Assembly: GCF_038025025.1 (NCBI RefSeq)
Contig: NW_027117345.1
Coordinates: forward strand, 1,178,001-1,242,000
Origin: Phyllosticta citribraziliensis
Lineage: Eukaryota
Reading direction: 5' to 3'
Length of the DNA stretch: 64,000 nt
The number at the start of each line of letters is the position of its first letter. Within the stretch, counting starts at the first letter, position 1. Positions 48,389 to 61,279 of this stretch are shown piece by piece. The notes under the pieces are model-generated. The model was given only the letters and a program-made list of their open reading frames with translations. It had not been told where the DNA came from and did no database searches. The translations under genes were made by a program, and so were the position numbers.

Positions 48389-50181
48389 CCTCGGACCCTT
48401 GCGCGGCTCCGTCTCGTCGACCAGCCTGCAAACGGGGGACCCTGGATACGCGACTACGGGCAGATAGGCACGTACCGGTCACCTACGTATGTAGCTGGCT
48501 GGGCTGCTGCCGCAGACAAAAATGCAAGGAACCGCGTCGGCCCGTTGTCCGCCACGGCGGCGGGCTCTGCTCGTGTGCGGCCAAGGGCGTACCTAGTGGT
48601 GTTTGAGTTGTAGATACGTACCCTGGCAGGTAGACATGTAGATTCCTTCCCCTTTCCCCACCAGCGTCGGGAGATGTCGGAACGACGTGTCGATTGTTTG
48701 AGAGAACTGATGGGGAGAGAGGTGCAGATTGGATGGGGCCGCGGACTGTCTGGTGGACCTGGATACCTGGGTTCCTAGGGGATGATGGGACGGCGGTGTT
48801 TAGGAGAGGTGGAGAGGTTGGTGGGAGTGCATGGTTGTTTGCGCTATTATTTTGCCGATTAGGGTCATTGGTGGTTTGGTGGAAGTGCCATCTGGTCGGA
48901 GGAAACAAGCTGTGATGTGCTTGCCGGTCAGTCCAAACATCAGAATGCAAGCATCGCAGCAATAACGGTGGTGAGAGCAAAGGCCGGGCCACGGACAGAT
49001 GGGCGCCGTACGCCGGTTCATTGCAGCATTCACGCCACCTCGTAGCATCCTCTCCGCTCCCCCATGGTTTCCTCCGCCTTTCAGACAGAAGGGGACCCTT
49101 ATCATTTTCCGCAATGGGGGCCCCTTCATTCGTGCCCCTCGCCCAATCCACGACTCGCATTACCAAAATTCGCGCTCAGCAGAGCACCGCACCACCAGCA
49201 GTATTGCAGACGACCCATCTCACCCCACCGGCACCATGTCCGGCAGCCGGCTGCTGCAGGAGAGGCTGCGGCTTGGGGCACGAGGGCAGAACAGGGCGCC
49301 GGCCACCGCACGAGCGAGAAGGATGGAAGATCTCTGAGCGAAGAGACCCTTTGAGCACGCGAGCTGGCCGGACGGGCAGCAGTGTGGAGTAGCTTATCGA
49401 CCAAAGGCCAGACAACAATGACGTAGCCGTCTGCCACCCCCGGACGACCGACCAACAACCGAGGTACGTGCGCTGATGCGTTGCTCTGCGTTGCTCTGCC
49501 GGCGGCCACAACAGCGTCGTCACGTCAATTCATCGACGCTGGTGTCGATTGCAAGAGCGTGTCGCAATGACGCTCTGCGCTGCGATGGCCGGCCGACTCG
49601 CCTCGACTTGTGGGCGCTGCTCGCTCATTTGCAACTCGTAACATCGCGCGCGCGTTATCCGCATTCGGCACCGGCGTCGGGAGATCGCGGGAGGCAGCCG
49701 GGGGGGTGTGGGGGAGGGGAGAGCACCGAGTCCTCGAGTCTGGCGTGCAGCAGAAAGACACACAGCTGCTCGTCTGTGTCCTGACTGCAGACTGCAGGCT
49801 CGCGAGTGGGTCCGGCCGATGGGAAAGGAAAGGGAGAGGCGTCATTTTGTGGGTAAGAAGGGCGCCGGTCCAGGAGCCCGTCGCGAACGCTGGTCGAATT
49901 GCGTCGTTTCCGTGGGGTAAGAAGGACGTGAGGAGTGCCATTCTTGACCGGTTGTTTGCTGTTTGGAGCGTCGATGATGACGGGGTTGTGGTCTCAGAGG
50001 GCGTGTCTGGTGCGTGCGGGATGCTGTAGGTACGAGCTCGGAGCCCTACCCTGGCCTGGCCTGCTTTGACGTCGGCGCAGATGTGGGTATTTGCCCCGCG
50101 GGCGTCACAGCCTTTGCCTGGGCCACTCGACTGTCCTGTTTGGCCGTGGCGACTCGAGAATGCTGAGATACTGCCGCTGGT

Positions 50182-50190
50182 GATATAAAG
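50182..50190 (+). promoter_or_regulatory. Putative TATA box of the SET-domain gene
   Basis: GATATAAAG about 260 nt upstream of ATG 50448. Confidence 0.4.
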
Positions 50191-50447
50191 TCCTGGCGTT
50201 GCGCTGTTCCTGGCTGGCGTACCACTGTTGAAGAAGAAGCCTCACCACTTTTCACTTTCCAACCAGACCTGAACCTTGTTCCGACCTCTCAACTATTTTT
50301 TGAAAGTCAATTCCCTTTTTCCGAGCCGCAGAACACCACCACACTCTGTGTCTGCAACTGTCAGCATCTACAAGCAAGATAAACGACGACAAACAAGACA
50401 CGAAAGAGACCACCTTCGAGGAAATATCTCAAACCAACATCTCCAAC

Positions 50448-51131
50448 ATGACTGTCACCGCTACCACCACACTGCCCGTCGCCAACGGCACGGCAGCAAT
50501 CAAGAAGAGCGCCATCAACGGTGTCAACGGTCACAACTCTGCACAAGCACCCGGCAGTTCTGAGCAAGACCTTTCATCACGTCTCCGCATCGAGCCCGGC
50601 AAAGACTACACGGCACGCGCAGTCAGCCAAGTTGATCTTCCACCCGATGCCGTCTTCGCACGCCTCACGACTCTGACGCCGTCGCCGCGGCCATCATACG
50701 CCACGGTACAGACCGGACCGTCCTCGCACATCAACCTCAACAGCCCACTGCTCTACGTCAACCACTCATGCGCGCCCAACCTGCTCTTCGACATGGAGAA
50801 GGGCGAGGTCCGCGTCACGTCAAAGGGCCTGGCCGCCGGCGACGAATTGACCTACTTCTACCCCACCACCGAGTGGGACATGGAGCAGCCGTTCGACTGC
50901 GCCTGCAGTGAGAGCAACTGCCTCGGCTGGATCTGCGGCGCAAAGTCGATGCAGGACCGCGTCCTGGCACGCTACGAGGGCGTTGCCCCCTGGGTGCTGG
51001 CCGGCAAGGTCGAGCAGGCCGAGAAGAAGGAGCAGGCGAGGCTGAGCTTCGGCGTCGGTTCCAAGATGACGCTGGGTGGTGGTCCTCGGGTCGGCTCTTG
51101 GAGGGCTGTCGCTGGTGGTGGTCTTGTTTGA
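50448..51131 (+). CDS. Small SET/post-SET domain protein (putative lysine methyltransferase)
   Basis: Intronless 227-aa ORF with SET motifs YVNHSCAPN and GDELTYFYPTTEW, plus post-SET FDCACSESNCLG. Confidence 0.85.
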   Translation: MTVTATTTLPVANGTAAIKKSAINGVNGHNSAQAPGSSEQDLSSRLRIEPGKDYTARAVSQVDLPPDAVFARLTTLTPSPRPSYATVQTGPSSHINLNSPLLYVNHSCAPNLLFDMEKGEVRVTSKGLAAGDELTYFYPTTEWDMEQPFDCACSESNCLGWICGAKSMQDRVLARYEGVAPWVLAGKVEQAEKKEQARLSFGVGSKMTLGGGPRVGSWRAVAGGGLV

Positions 51132-52655
51132 TTTGGCATTTTGATCTTGCATCTGGAAGGCGTTTGGGGAATTTGTCTTTTGTCGGCGGCTACCCAGTCT
51201 GCCCATTTTCATTTTCGGGGGGATTGCATGGGAAATCTCGGGTAGTAAGAACCATTGATCTGAAGGAATGATATCCAATGATATTCCAAACTGCTTTACT
51301 TGTCCGTTTGTTCCTCTTCGAAGTGAACCTGGTGTTGACAAAGGAGAGCTGGAGCCAATTGTTCTATTTGGGAGACAGAAGCTCGATACTCATTCTAAGG
51401 CTTGCCATTCCAACCTGTGAACAGGATTGGAAGGCGACGGCGTCAAGTCTCTCGATGTCTTCCAAAAAGCACCCATGTGTCGGATTTTGTTGGTAAGTTG
51501 TGCTTGCCAAAGAAGAAATCAACTGAAATGATGACTGAAAAATACAGTACGACTCGCGTCTCAAAAAAGAAAACGTCCTTGCAAGACTGTCTTCTCGCGC
51601 AATTTCATCTTGGCTCGGTGCTCTCGTCTTCCAAGACACCTTGGAAGCCTGATATGCCCAAAAGCCAAACAAACTGGACAACATGACCATGAGGACAACT
51701 CGAACATGTCACCACAATGGACGATTGTACATTGTGACTTCTCAGACATCTTCACCGCCACTCGACTCAAGGGCGTCAGTGTCTATCATACGATTTGCCT
51801 GCCAACGTATCCACGCTACAACAGCCGCCATGGTTGCACCTGTGAACGTGATTTGTTTTTCCTGTCCGCCGTCGGCCGCAACGTTGGTCTCATCTCCAGG
51901 TCGCCAGATCTACGATTTGCAAGCCACGAGTGGCACCTTGACGGCCGATCCAGGCCCTCCATGGCGCTGCAGTCAAAGGACGCCTCCAGCGTTGACACAT
52001 GTAAGGACTCCTGCCTCATGATCGAGCATTCATCCACGGAAAATGCGCCAAAAGGCATTACGGGCTCCACCGCCCCCTCAACAATAAATGCGTCGTGATG
52101 ATGAAAGGGCTCTGAAACAAGCACGACATGACTGGACGTCGGTGTGGTGGGAGGACCTTGGAGAAGGGGAGAGAGAAACAAGATGGTGAGGCGCAAGAAC
52201 AGCGAATGGCGGGCGAGCGTAGCATTGCATATTTTGAGTGGGTTCTTGCACGACTTGGTTGCAAAATTGAAAGCCACTCACTTGATCTTGACTGTTGGAG
52301 CCCGACGCGCACCGCTCATGCTGCCTCAGCAAAGGACATGGAAGGCCATCATGAGGACTGTGGACAAGGTTGAGGCGCAATTCCATGCGGTCAGACGCAA
52401 GGGAGTGGTGAGTGGTGAGAACCAAGGAGGTCGGCCGTCGAACGTGCTGGAGAGCGCTAGTCCCGAGCGGGCCGCTACGCTAGCGCACAGACGAAACTTG
52501 GACCGGCATCGCCTCCCGTCGTCATTCAACACCATTACTCAGCAATTACCCATTCGCCATCCCGCTCCTCCACCACAACCACCACGCTCGTTTCTTGCTC
52601 CCCCTTCCCAAGCCTCCAAATTTTCCAAACATCCCAGGACATCCCCAATTTCATC

Positions 52656-54728
52656 ATGGCTCCTCCGAGAGGCCCTCGCGAACTCATCACCGGCCCGGAC
52701 GCTCCCGAGGCTCCGTTTCCGCTCTATCTCAGCGGCAAAGTTATCAAAGGCTTCGGCCGGGGCAGCAAAGAGGTACGTACGTACGCCGGCCGCGTGGGCA
52801 CTCTGTTACACCTGCCTACGCGTGTCCCGTCACTTCTTCAAGCATCCAATCCCACGTCTCCCTCCCCTCTTTTCCCTTGCGCTGGTATCAGGAGCGGCGC
52901 CCAGCAAAGGCTGACCTGCCTCGCGCGACCACCCCTCTGCTGCTTCAATGTCACCACTTCTGCTGCTACTGCTTCTCCCACGCTGTCATCCTGCACCTTC
53001 CCGTCTGCGGTTCATTGGCGCCGCCTTGCAACGAAATTTGCCGTGGCAAGAAACGGACTCTCATGACATGCATGACGCCTCCTTTTTTCGTTTCTTTTTT
53101 CTCCCTTCTCTTTTTCTTTTTTTCCCTTTTCCAGTCACTTCCAGAACAACATGCTCGACACCCAGACTATCCTTTCATCTTGCTACTCCCCAGCGGCTGC
53201 GGCCATGCGGCGGCACGTGGGGCTGCGGCTGCAAGCAAGCAAGCTGGGCTACGCTGCGCTCGCTCTCCGTCTGTCCGTCCTAGCATTGCGCAACAACACT
53301 ACGGCGGCACACGGAGCCGCCGGAGCTCGCGTCGTACAGACTCCCAGCCGGCTGGGGCTGGAGTGGATGGACTACTATTTCGGGTCTGAACAGCAGCTGG
53401 CGGTCTTGCGACAGCTCTGGGGAGAACCCTTTCATGCCGGAGCGCTGGCGTGTGCTTTTGAGGTTGCACATGATTCCTTCTTCAGCTGCTGCGCTCGCTC
53501 GAGTGCTGTTGTCAGTTGGATGGGATAGAGATCCGAGCGACTGGGCTGACCAGGGACGCATTGACGGGTGCTGGTGCCCGCTTTAGCCCTGTTGCTGCTG
53601 CTGGTGCTGCTGCGGCCACAGCCTTGTGCTGCGCTGCCAGTATCTCAGTCTCGCCCACTTTTTCGGGCCCAACAACAAGACTCAGTGTCGTCACCCGCCT
53701 CGTGTGTTGTGTTCCCCGTTTACGACATTTTCCACCAATTCTCCATTTTTCCATTTCTTCTGTCCTTTCCTATTCGCAGTCTCTCAATCTATCCATCCAC
53801 GTCACATCGCTTTCTTTCCATTTCTAGCCCTACCGAGATCTGAAACACACCTCCACGATCCAATACATTCCGATCCAAAAAAGAAAGCAAATCTCCAATG
53901 CACCACCACTCAGAGTTGCCGCAATGGGACTAGGCTGACGTCGATCTCCCCCAGCTCGGCATACCCACTGCGAACATACCCATTGAGGGTCTCAGCGTAG
54001 GCGGTCACTCGGACCTTGAGTCTGGCGTCTACTATGGCTGGGCGGGGCTGGACTTCCACGACAGCAGCAGCAGCAACAACTCGGCCGACGGCGGCGTGCC
54101 GACAGCGTCCGTGGACTCGGACCGCGGCGATCATTCTGGCGCTCAGCAGCAGCAGAGCAAGGACAACTCGGCCGCCACGCTCGCAGACCGCGTCAAGCAC
54201 GCCGGAGGCAAAGTCGCCGGCGCAGTAGGCTCGGCGCTGTTTGGCGGCAGCGGCAGCGAGTCTGCTGAGAGCGGCGAACAAGCCGGCAGCAACGGCAACG
54301 TCACCAAAGAAGCAGCAGCAGCAGCATCGGCGGCAGAGAGAAAACCCACCAACGGCTCCGGCTCCGGCTCCAGCTCCACCCGCTCGACCAGCAACAGCAA
54401 CAAAGAAAACATCTACCCCATGGCCATGAGCATCGGCTGGAACCCGTTCTACAAGAACACGGTGCGCAGCGTCGAGGTGCACATCATGCACGACTTCCCC
54501 TCCGACTTCTACGGCTCGCACCTCAACCTCGTCGTGCTGGGCTTCATCCGGCCTGAGCTCGACTACGTCTCCAAGGAGGCCCTCATCGACGACATCCGCA
54601 CCGACATTGAGGTCGCGCGCCGCAGCCTCGCCCGCCCGGCGTACGCTGCGCTCAAGAAGGACCCCTATTTGTTGGACTTTCCAAAGGATGAGCATGGAAA
54701 CGTGCTCAAGGACGATGTGGCCAAGTGA
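52656..54728 (+). CDS. FMN1: Riboflavin kinase; 2 exons separated by a 1182-nt intron (52773-53954)
   Basis: Exon 1 [20 protein letters not shown] is spliced (GTACGT...GCTGAC...CAG) to [17 protein letters not shown]-terminal [41 protein letters not shown]...LIDDI. Confidence 0.95.
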
Positions 54729-56842
54729 TTGACGCGCGTGTTGAATGGATGGATGGGTGCGTGCGTGGGTGGGTGGATGGGAAGATTGACAGACAGCCGA
54801 CAGGAACAACTCTTCTTTATTTCCTTCATTCACTCGCTACAGTGGGCAGAGGCTTCTCTTCTGATAGATGGATAGAATTTGGAGGTGCAGTTGCTTCAGC
54901 GGGGTACGGTTTAGCAAGCAAGCAGACTGAATGAATGAGCGTCTTTGGCAAGAATTAGTCAAGTTCCTCAGTAACCAAAAATAATTGTCTATGAGACAGG
55001 CCGCAATCGTGCAAACGAAGAGTGCGGCTCAGTATTATACCCAAACAACACCGACGACAGTGTCCGCAACTCAGTCGAGCAAATGTCACAATAACTTGGC
55101 ACGAATGCGTCCGTTCCTCCTGCACAATGGACAATGCACCGAAAGCTTACTTTGAAATGTTTGATTTCTTTTCGTTGGAGCGCGGCCTGAGAGAGATGCC
55201 ACACCATGCCTACCAGGGATATATAATCAAAAAGAGATAACATGACCTGGAAAAGGAAACATCCACCCCTGCAAAAAAGCTCGAGCAAACAAACATAACG
55301 ATTATGTAGCCTCCTCCCCATTAAGGTCGTGTACGTGGGTAGTTGTAGTTGTAGTGGTGTGTGGGTGACTTTCAAACAAGGTTGAGCCCAGAAAAAGAAC
55401 CTGTCGCTCTTTGCGGGGACGTAGACGACGTAACCCCCCGACAATCTAAACGCGCGTTGTGTCCCTTGACTGGCTCTTCTCTTCAAACAGCAACGACTCC
55501 GGTGCGGTGATGTGGGCGCTTCCTGTTTCCAACGTTTAGACCGGCGGTAGGTAGTCGTCGTACGCCGGGCACGAGACCACGCCCTACTCATTCTGTTTTT
55601 CTTCTCCCCCATATCCTTTGGCGTATTATATCCATCGCTGGTGTAAATCCGTGATTGCTCTGTGCCCATCCATCTTTCCCATAAGGAGATCCAAAAAAGG
55701 AAAACAAAGACAAAAACCAGGGGTACAGCAAAAAGGGAGAAGACCCCGGCCTGTGTCGTACATCCGATATGAACCCAGGACGGGAGGGGTATGCGAAAGG
55801 AAACAGTTTGAAAGATCCCCCCAAAGAAAACACCGGCTGGTGTGAACAGCTACCTGCATCAGCAGCAGCAGCAGCAACCAAGCGAGAATAACAGACAGCC
55901 GTGTAACTCGTATGACATCGGTCCAATTGGCGCCATGTAACCACAAGGACCTGCTGCTAGCGACAGTCGCAGCGGCACCGCTTGCTCGGTCTGATGCCTC
56001 GTCGCCCATCATCGCGACATGTGACTTTCTGGAGACGCATACGCGAGGGTTGCTCAACAGAAGCTTTGTGGAAGGGCCAAGGCCAGCCCTAAAGCCTCAT
56101 GCTGGAAGGACGGCGGGCAGAACAGGCTAGCTGCGATAACCCGGCGCGTGCTGCTGTCGTTCAGCGCCCATTACGTGACTCGAATACGAACAGAGGAACA
56201 ATGCCGACTTTTGCCACCCACCACGTGCCGGATAAGACTGGGAATCGCGGCCAAACAGAGAATAAAAACTCCTGTTCCCAAGGGACAGATGACGCAGACA
56301 AGATTGGTGGAAAAACCGACGAAATTACTCGAGCCTGCTGCTCATGACACGGCAGGAGTCTGTTGTGAACGTAGCAGCCTCGAGCCTGCTGGGACGTAGG
56401 ACCAGGTGCCGGCTGTCTGCAGAGAGGAGCGGGGATGAGCAGCAGCGCCAATGATGATCATAATTCAGACGCGATGAGCCGCCAAAAGCAAGCTGCCGTC
56501 GTGACAAGTTACGGCCACAACATTCTAGAGCGCACACTAAGCAAGCTTAGAACATGCGCACAGTTGAAATGGCCAACCCCGCCGAGAGCCGCGCCCGCCG
56601 CGCAAGCAGAATTCCAAGCTCGGTTTCGTGTTCAACGCTCGCGATGAAAACGCAAAACGCAGGGTTGGTCTGCTTCCGGTGAACTCCGACTCGCAATGCG
56701 GGGTACTGAAGCTCTGCTTGGCTCTTGTGTGGGCTTGTCTGGCGTTTCGGGGAAAATCGGAGCGAGGGAGGGTGAGGGGGCGCGTTGAGTCGACGTTGAA
56801 ATAAGTTGGCACCGGCGCTGCACCGCTATGCCTCGCGTGGTA

Positions 56843-59100
56843 CTAGTACAATATCGGTAGGAACTGATGAATGGAATGTGAGCTAGGCGTGTATGAGGCG
56901 GAGGGAGGGGACTTACATTGAGGACTATTAGCATTGGCACTTCAAACACATCGCGCTTTACGCTCCAACAAAACATGCAGTCGATCAAACCATCGTCTTC
57001 TTTTGGTCTGCCCGCTCCAGTGCCTGCGCTTTCAAGTTTGATGGTGTTTCCGTTGATGAATCGGTTTCCGTGATTGCCGTCATAGTTTTCCTTATTGTGA
57101 CTCTCTTCCGACTTGATGTTCATTCCCTCGAGACTCGACAAGTCATCCTTTGTGCGGTACCGCACCAGCTTGCAGTGTCGGAAAGCTGCAGTGCGCGGCG
57201 CTACAAAGGCAAGTTTGGCAAAATCTTCGTAGAATTGGCATGTTGAGTTGTCGTTCAAAAGCTCCGCGAGGTAAACGGGTTGCGGCTTTTCCATTTCGCG
57301 AGGAGTGTTGACGCCAGCTCCAGTGCGGTTTCCAGAAGCGACCCCCGAGTTTGCTGCACTTCCACTTGTGCCGCCAGTGTTGACATTGAGGTTGGGTTCA
57401 TGACCAAGTAACACGTCTTTTCGCCAGCCAGTCAACATGCTAAACTCTTGAGAGACAGCGGCGACTTGACCAGTTCGGCGGCAGATGATGGTAGGCAGAG
57501 AGATCAGGTTGATGATCTCTTCGTATTGATACAATGTCCGCTGAAAACTCTTCTCCATGAAGATGAGGTCGTCTGTGTTGAGCGTGCTGGTGCAAGCAAT
57601 GAACGAGGGCCGAATGGATGAGAGTGCTCGATGAATCCTCGAACGCTTAGCTATTGAAAAGCGCTCTTTGAGAAGAGCACTGAGTCCGTGGAATCCTTCG
57701 GCGTAAGGATAGGGGCTCGTCACCGAGTCGTAAATCTCGCTCGGATCCCGTCGACGTTTTCGATTGGCGAGGTTCTGTTGAGCCTGCTGTTGCGGCTGTG
57801 GGCGTTGGCTTTGGACCTGTTGCTGCTGACGGTTGTAAAGCTGTTGGCTGTGTTTTCTTTGGTGTTCTTGCTGCTGATTGTTGTAAAAGGCAGGAGAAAG
57901 TGGTTCATAGCCAGACATTCCATCTTGGACTGAGCTTGGGCTTGCGCTCGTCATGCTACCTGGGCCGGCTCCGACAGCATAAGCCAATGGCATACCACTC
58001 CCGTCTCGACCGAGCGTGTTGTCCAAACTGACGGACGCAGGAGTGTTGTTGGGCGTTTGTATTTGAGCAGCGCTCCCATGTCTTGATTGTGCGTTCTGCC
58101 AATCTGCCGAGGACACGCCCTCGTTGAAGCCAAAGCCTCCTGTCATTGGCAAGTTCTCTGCTGATCCTGAAGCACTCACAGGTCCACTGTAAATGTTTGC
58201 GGCCTGGTTCAAGGGGTTGTTTATGCTCTCTGGCGGAGTCTCTGCGGCGCCCGAAGACATGTGCCCCAGCATCCCAAATTCGAGAGCACCGTAATGGTTT
58301 CCAAAGTTGAGGCTTGCCAAGTCGAAGTTGAATAGGGCTGGATCGCTAGGGTCGAATGCGATGTCTCCGAGGTTTTGCATGCCTTGAGGGTTCGTTTGCT
58401 GGTTCTGCGGCATTCCGCCCAGGTTTTGCACAGGGGGCATTTGATGATTTGAATTTTGGCCGTACTGAGGTGATATTGGCGAATGTTGGTTGTTGAACGT
58501 GTTGATGACATTTGCGTCTTGCATGGGTGGCAACATTTGCCCCTGGCTGGTGTTGGGGTAGACGCTGTAGGTGGCTTGCTGGGTTTGCGGATAGTAATTG
58601 TTCGCTTGGTTCATACTCGCTGCGGCATTGGGGCCGGCGGCGGCTCCATGTTGACCATTGTTGGCGAGATGCGGGTAGTGGCCACCGACTCCGGGCATGA
58701 GCGCCTCGGGTGGGGCATCGTGTAGGTATTTTGCCTTCTTTCGAACTCCGTCATGACAAGCGTCTTGAAGACCGCGCTTGATACATCGCTGACACGGTCT
58801 TTCGTCGCCTGTTTACTGTTAGCAAGTTCAAGCCAAAAAGAAAAGACGATTCGAGTACGTGCCGCAGGTAAGATGAGCCCTCTGACAGGCAAAGCAGGCT
58901 CGGCGCGCCTTCTTGCGGCGAGGTCTGAGAGGGTCTTTGGCGTTGGAGGAAGGCTTAGTAGCAGAAGAGTTGGAGTTTGCCTGTACAGGCGAGGCATCGC
59001 TCGAGAGGCGTTGGTCCTTGGAGTCGGCCATTTCGCTGCCGTCCTGATCACCGCTGTATTCCGGTGAGGGAGATGCATCTTCGGCGTCTGGGGTGGCCAT
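56843..59100 (-). CDS. acuK: Zn(II)2Cys6 transcription activator of gluconeogenesis AcuK/Ert1 (C-terminal PAS-like domain); introns 58809-58862 (GC-AG), 56864-56916
   Basis: [139 protein letters not shown]. Confidence 0.93.
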
Positions 59101-60503
59101 AATATCCCTTCCTGCGAAAGAGTACTGGGCAGCCCAGTCGGCAGCCCACCCCCCTCGAGGCACGGATGTCTGGTTCTGAGCTACGGCTGCTGTAGACCCA
59201 CGTTTACGCTGCGCGTATCCGCCAATGTTGCCTCGGCGGCCCCTCCCAAGGCACTGGATCAACCAATCTGCACGGGTGCCGCAGCTGGCAACCTCCCAGT
59301 TGGGTGTTTCGAATATTCGATCACGCGTGCCCTAAGCAGTCGCGAGAGTGAGCTGCTGTGGCACCACCGGCAGCAGCAAATCGTTCAGCTGGCGCTTCTG
59401 CGGTTCGGCGCAGTGTCTACAGCGTACGAAGGAGGGCTCCCAGCTGGGCGGGTACGGAGGGCTGTCGCCACGTCGGGCGTGGACCAATCGAGTCGGCGAA
59501 TGCGGTCAATCCGGTACGCAGGAATCAAGCAATTCTGGAGTTTCACAGGGCCAGGGTCTTCGCAGAGATCGAGGGGTCCTTTCAGTCATGATTGTGATCA
59601 CGACTGGGCAGAGCGCATGGCGGCGACGAGGAGCGTGCGGTTCGTGCAGGAGGGAAGGCGGCGGAGAGAATGGGCTGCTTGGTGCGCCCCGGCAGGTACA
59701 CGCAGGAGCGCGGGCTGGCTGGGAGGCTTTGGGGATTTGGAAATGGCCGATGCAGGCAACGCTGCCGTGGGACTCGAGAAACCCTGTTTACGAGAGGGAG
59801 GGTGTGCAGCAGGCGCAGCTGCGAGGTGTGAGAGCAAAAGTGCGTCTCCGGTGCCGCAGCTGCGAAGTGCGGTGAAGCTGGACCGGGGAGTTGGCGAAGA
59901 AGAGAAGCCAAGCTTGCTGCTGAGAGAAGCAGGGGAAGCAGAGCAGCCGTCGGCGGCGCGAGAGGTAGTCCAGTCGGTGGGTTGCGCCTGGGAAAAGGCT
60001 GCGATGATGCGATGGAGGAGAGGATAACGCGTGCCCGTCGAGTCGTCCAGTCTTCGTTTTAGCGCTGCGCCGCTGTGGTTGGCCGTCGACACCCCGCTTT
60101 AGGCCGCGGCTTAGGGGCCGGGGTCCGCGTTACCGTACCGTATTATGCCTGACTAAGCCGCGACACCCAACCCAGGTCAGGTCCATCCGCGTCTCCGGCC
60201 GTTCGTCCTCTCTCCCCAAATGAAGCCCATCATGACGGGTCTCGTCTTTGTTTTTCTCTCATGATCTGCCTTGCACCCATCGCAAACTCGTCATCTACAC
60301 TACCATGTACCCACAGACAGTACAACCCTCGTGCTCGCCTCGATCAACCACCACCCATGTGCACCTCCGATCGACCATGATCCCCACTCCCTCCACTCAG
60401 CGTTGATTGACCGACCTTTGCTCGCCTACCACGTCCATCCATTCAAAACTCGTGGCCGTCCATGACCGTCTGAGACCGCTGCTCCCTGTCTCAAGACATG
60501 GTC

Positions 60504-60535
60504 CCTGTCCTGTCCTGTCCTGTCCTGTCCTGTCC
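60504..60535. repeat. Pentanucleotide microsatellite (CCTGT)6
   Basis: cctgtcctgtcctgtcctgtcctgtcctgtcc. Confidence 0.9.
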
Positions 60536-61279
60536 CTTGCCTTGGTCCCGCGGGTCCATCCGCCTATCGCCGCTTTCTTTTTTGCTTTTGATCCCTCTGG
60601 TCCATTGTCCGCTGTACCTACCCGACATCCATGTTCTCATCTTCGCCTTGGTCCACCCCCAGACTTCTGTCCTCGACCCTCCTGCAAATCACCATTGCGT
60701 CGCCTATCTACACGATTCGCTCTGTACGCAATCTCCGCCCTCTGCGAAATTTCCGGTTGGCAGTGTGAGGCGGCCACGTTTCTGAACCTGGCACCAATCG
60801 AACCGCCTCGACAGACTGTGTGAGAGACGGCCGCTCCTCCCGCTCACGGCCCACGTTGCGCTAGGACGGTGCCTCTGTTGCACCAAACAACACGATCTCT
60901 GTGTCGCCACGGCCTCATGCGCTTCGCAAAACGTGCTGACAAGCCGTGTCACGTGGCGAGCACTACCAGAAACCAGAGGCGAGAGACTGACTGACCAGTG
61001 TGGGACACCCATCAGATGGAAAGTCAAGCGGCTGTATTGGACTCGCTAGCTACGCATCTTGGCCTCGCCTGGACCATGCTGTGCGACCCCCACTATATAT
61101 AGCCGCGTGAGCCAGGACGCACACGCGCAGAGGGCACGCATGCACGCAGCAGCAGCAGCGGCGGCGGCGGCGGACGGGAGCAGTGCATGCCACCATATCT
61201 GCCAGGCCAGCAACCAGCAACCAGCCCTCCACCACTACACCGCTGCACCTCACCTCCTCGTTGCATTTCCCCATTCAGC

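Noticed and set aside
51400..52400. ORFs 51610-52098 and 52144-52914
   Set aside because: No motifs; they overlap the riboflavin kinase promoter/5' region and are probably chance ORFs.
53505..53535. FMN riboswitch-like 3' motif (AGTTGGATGGGATAGAG) in the riboflavin kinase intron
   Set aside because: It resembles the AGTCYGGATGGGAG end of the bacterial RFN element, but the 5' AGGGCGGGGTGAAATTCCC and internal T-loop motifs are absent.
56632..56916. ORF-track C-terminal extension of AcuK (VSPLPPPH...FHRER)
   Set aside because: It is read-through of a canonical intron (56864-56916); the spliced end NFLPILY* matches the family C-terminus.
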